Source of the DNA: the human T2T-CHM13v2.0 reference genome, Homo sapiens
DNA: 64,000 nucleotides
NCBI GenBank assembly: GCA_009914755.4
Contig: CP086569.2
Coordinates: 2,784,001-2,848,000 of the forward strand
Reading direction: 5' to 3'
Positions 63,590 through 64,000 of the stretch are shown in pieces. The notes beneath the pieces are model-generated. The model ran no database searches, was not told the DNA's origin, and was given only the letters and a program-made list of their open reading frames with translations. The position numbers and the translations under genes are program-made. Numbering within the stretch: position 1 is the first letter of the stretch; each line of letters begins with the position of its first letter.

Positions 63590-64000
63590 GGTAGATATTT
63601 GTGGCATAAAACATGATACTTTGAAATATGTTCACACTGCAGAATGGCTAAATAAAGCTAGTTAGTATATCTATTATATCACTTACTTACTTACCATATT
63701 TGGAGAATGCAACCATTTAAAATCTACTCTCAACTATGGTCACCATTTTTGTGGAATACATTGAACTTATTTCTCCTGCTAACTAAAATTTTGTATCATT
63801 TGACAAACATCTCCCACTCTCACCCCCTCCCAACACCTAACTCATGGTAACCACCATTTGACTCTCTGCTTCTATTAGTTTATTTTAGATTTCACATATA
63901 AATGAGATCATGCACTATTTGTCTTTCTGTGCTTGACTTATTTCACTTAACATCATGTCCTCCAGGTATATCCACGTTGTCACAGATGAGAGGATTTCCT
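63590..64000 (-). mobile_element. L1 3-prime terminus (L1PB/L1MA-like), antisense; runs off the window edge
   Basis: gtagatatttgtggcataaaacatgatactttg...catggtaaccaccatttgactctctgcttctattagtttattttagatttcacatataaatgagatcatgcactatttgtctttctgtgcttgacttatttcacttaacatcatgtcctccaggtatatccacgttgtcacagatgagaggatttcct is the reverse complement of the ORF2 C-terminus/3-prime UTR. Confidence 0.75.

Overview
This window is primate (human-type) nuclear genomic DNA, not a prokaryotic locus. It carries several Alu SINEs, many LINE-1 fragments on both strands, THE1/MST-type ERVL-MaLR LTR retrotransposons and (CA)n/(GATA)n/(TA)n microsatellites. It is visibly AT-rich throughout. I could not support any protein-coding exon, tRNA, rRNA, CRISPR array or operon-like structure. 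The supplied six-frame ORFs fall almost entirely inside degraded transposon sequence (L1 ORF2 remnants, MaLR internal regions, Alu) or in low-complexity AT-rich DNA. The main content is: (i) a nearly full-length old L1 on the minus strand (about 41.3-47 kb, possibly extending to 48.9 kb); (ii) five co-oriented minus-strand MaLR elements with internal sequence, three of them complete LTR-internal-LTR units, packed into 34.6-60.5 kb; (iii) several rearranged, truncated and nested L1 pieces at 1.3-4.4, 10.1-10.6, 13.2-16.7, 30.0-33.2, 40.8-41.3 and 62.6-64.0 kb; (iv) five full Alu elements plus one short Alu fragment; (v) two solo MaLR LTRs and assorted simple repeats. I see no novel biological system here. 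The observations worth a second look are transposon-architecture oddities: the MaLR cluster, tandem monomer-like repeats upstream of the big L1, a nested LTR-like insertion with a target-site duplication, and an ERVL dUTPase motif remnant. All coordinates are approximate (about +/-10 bp) because they were derived by eye.
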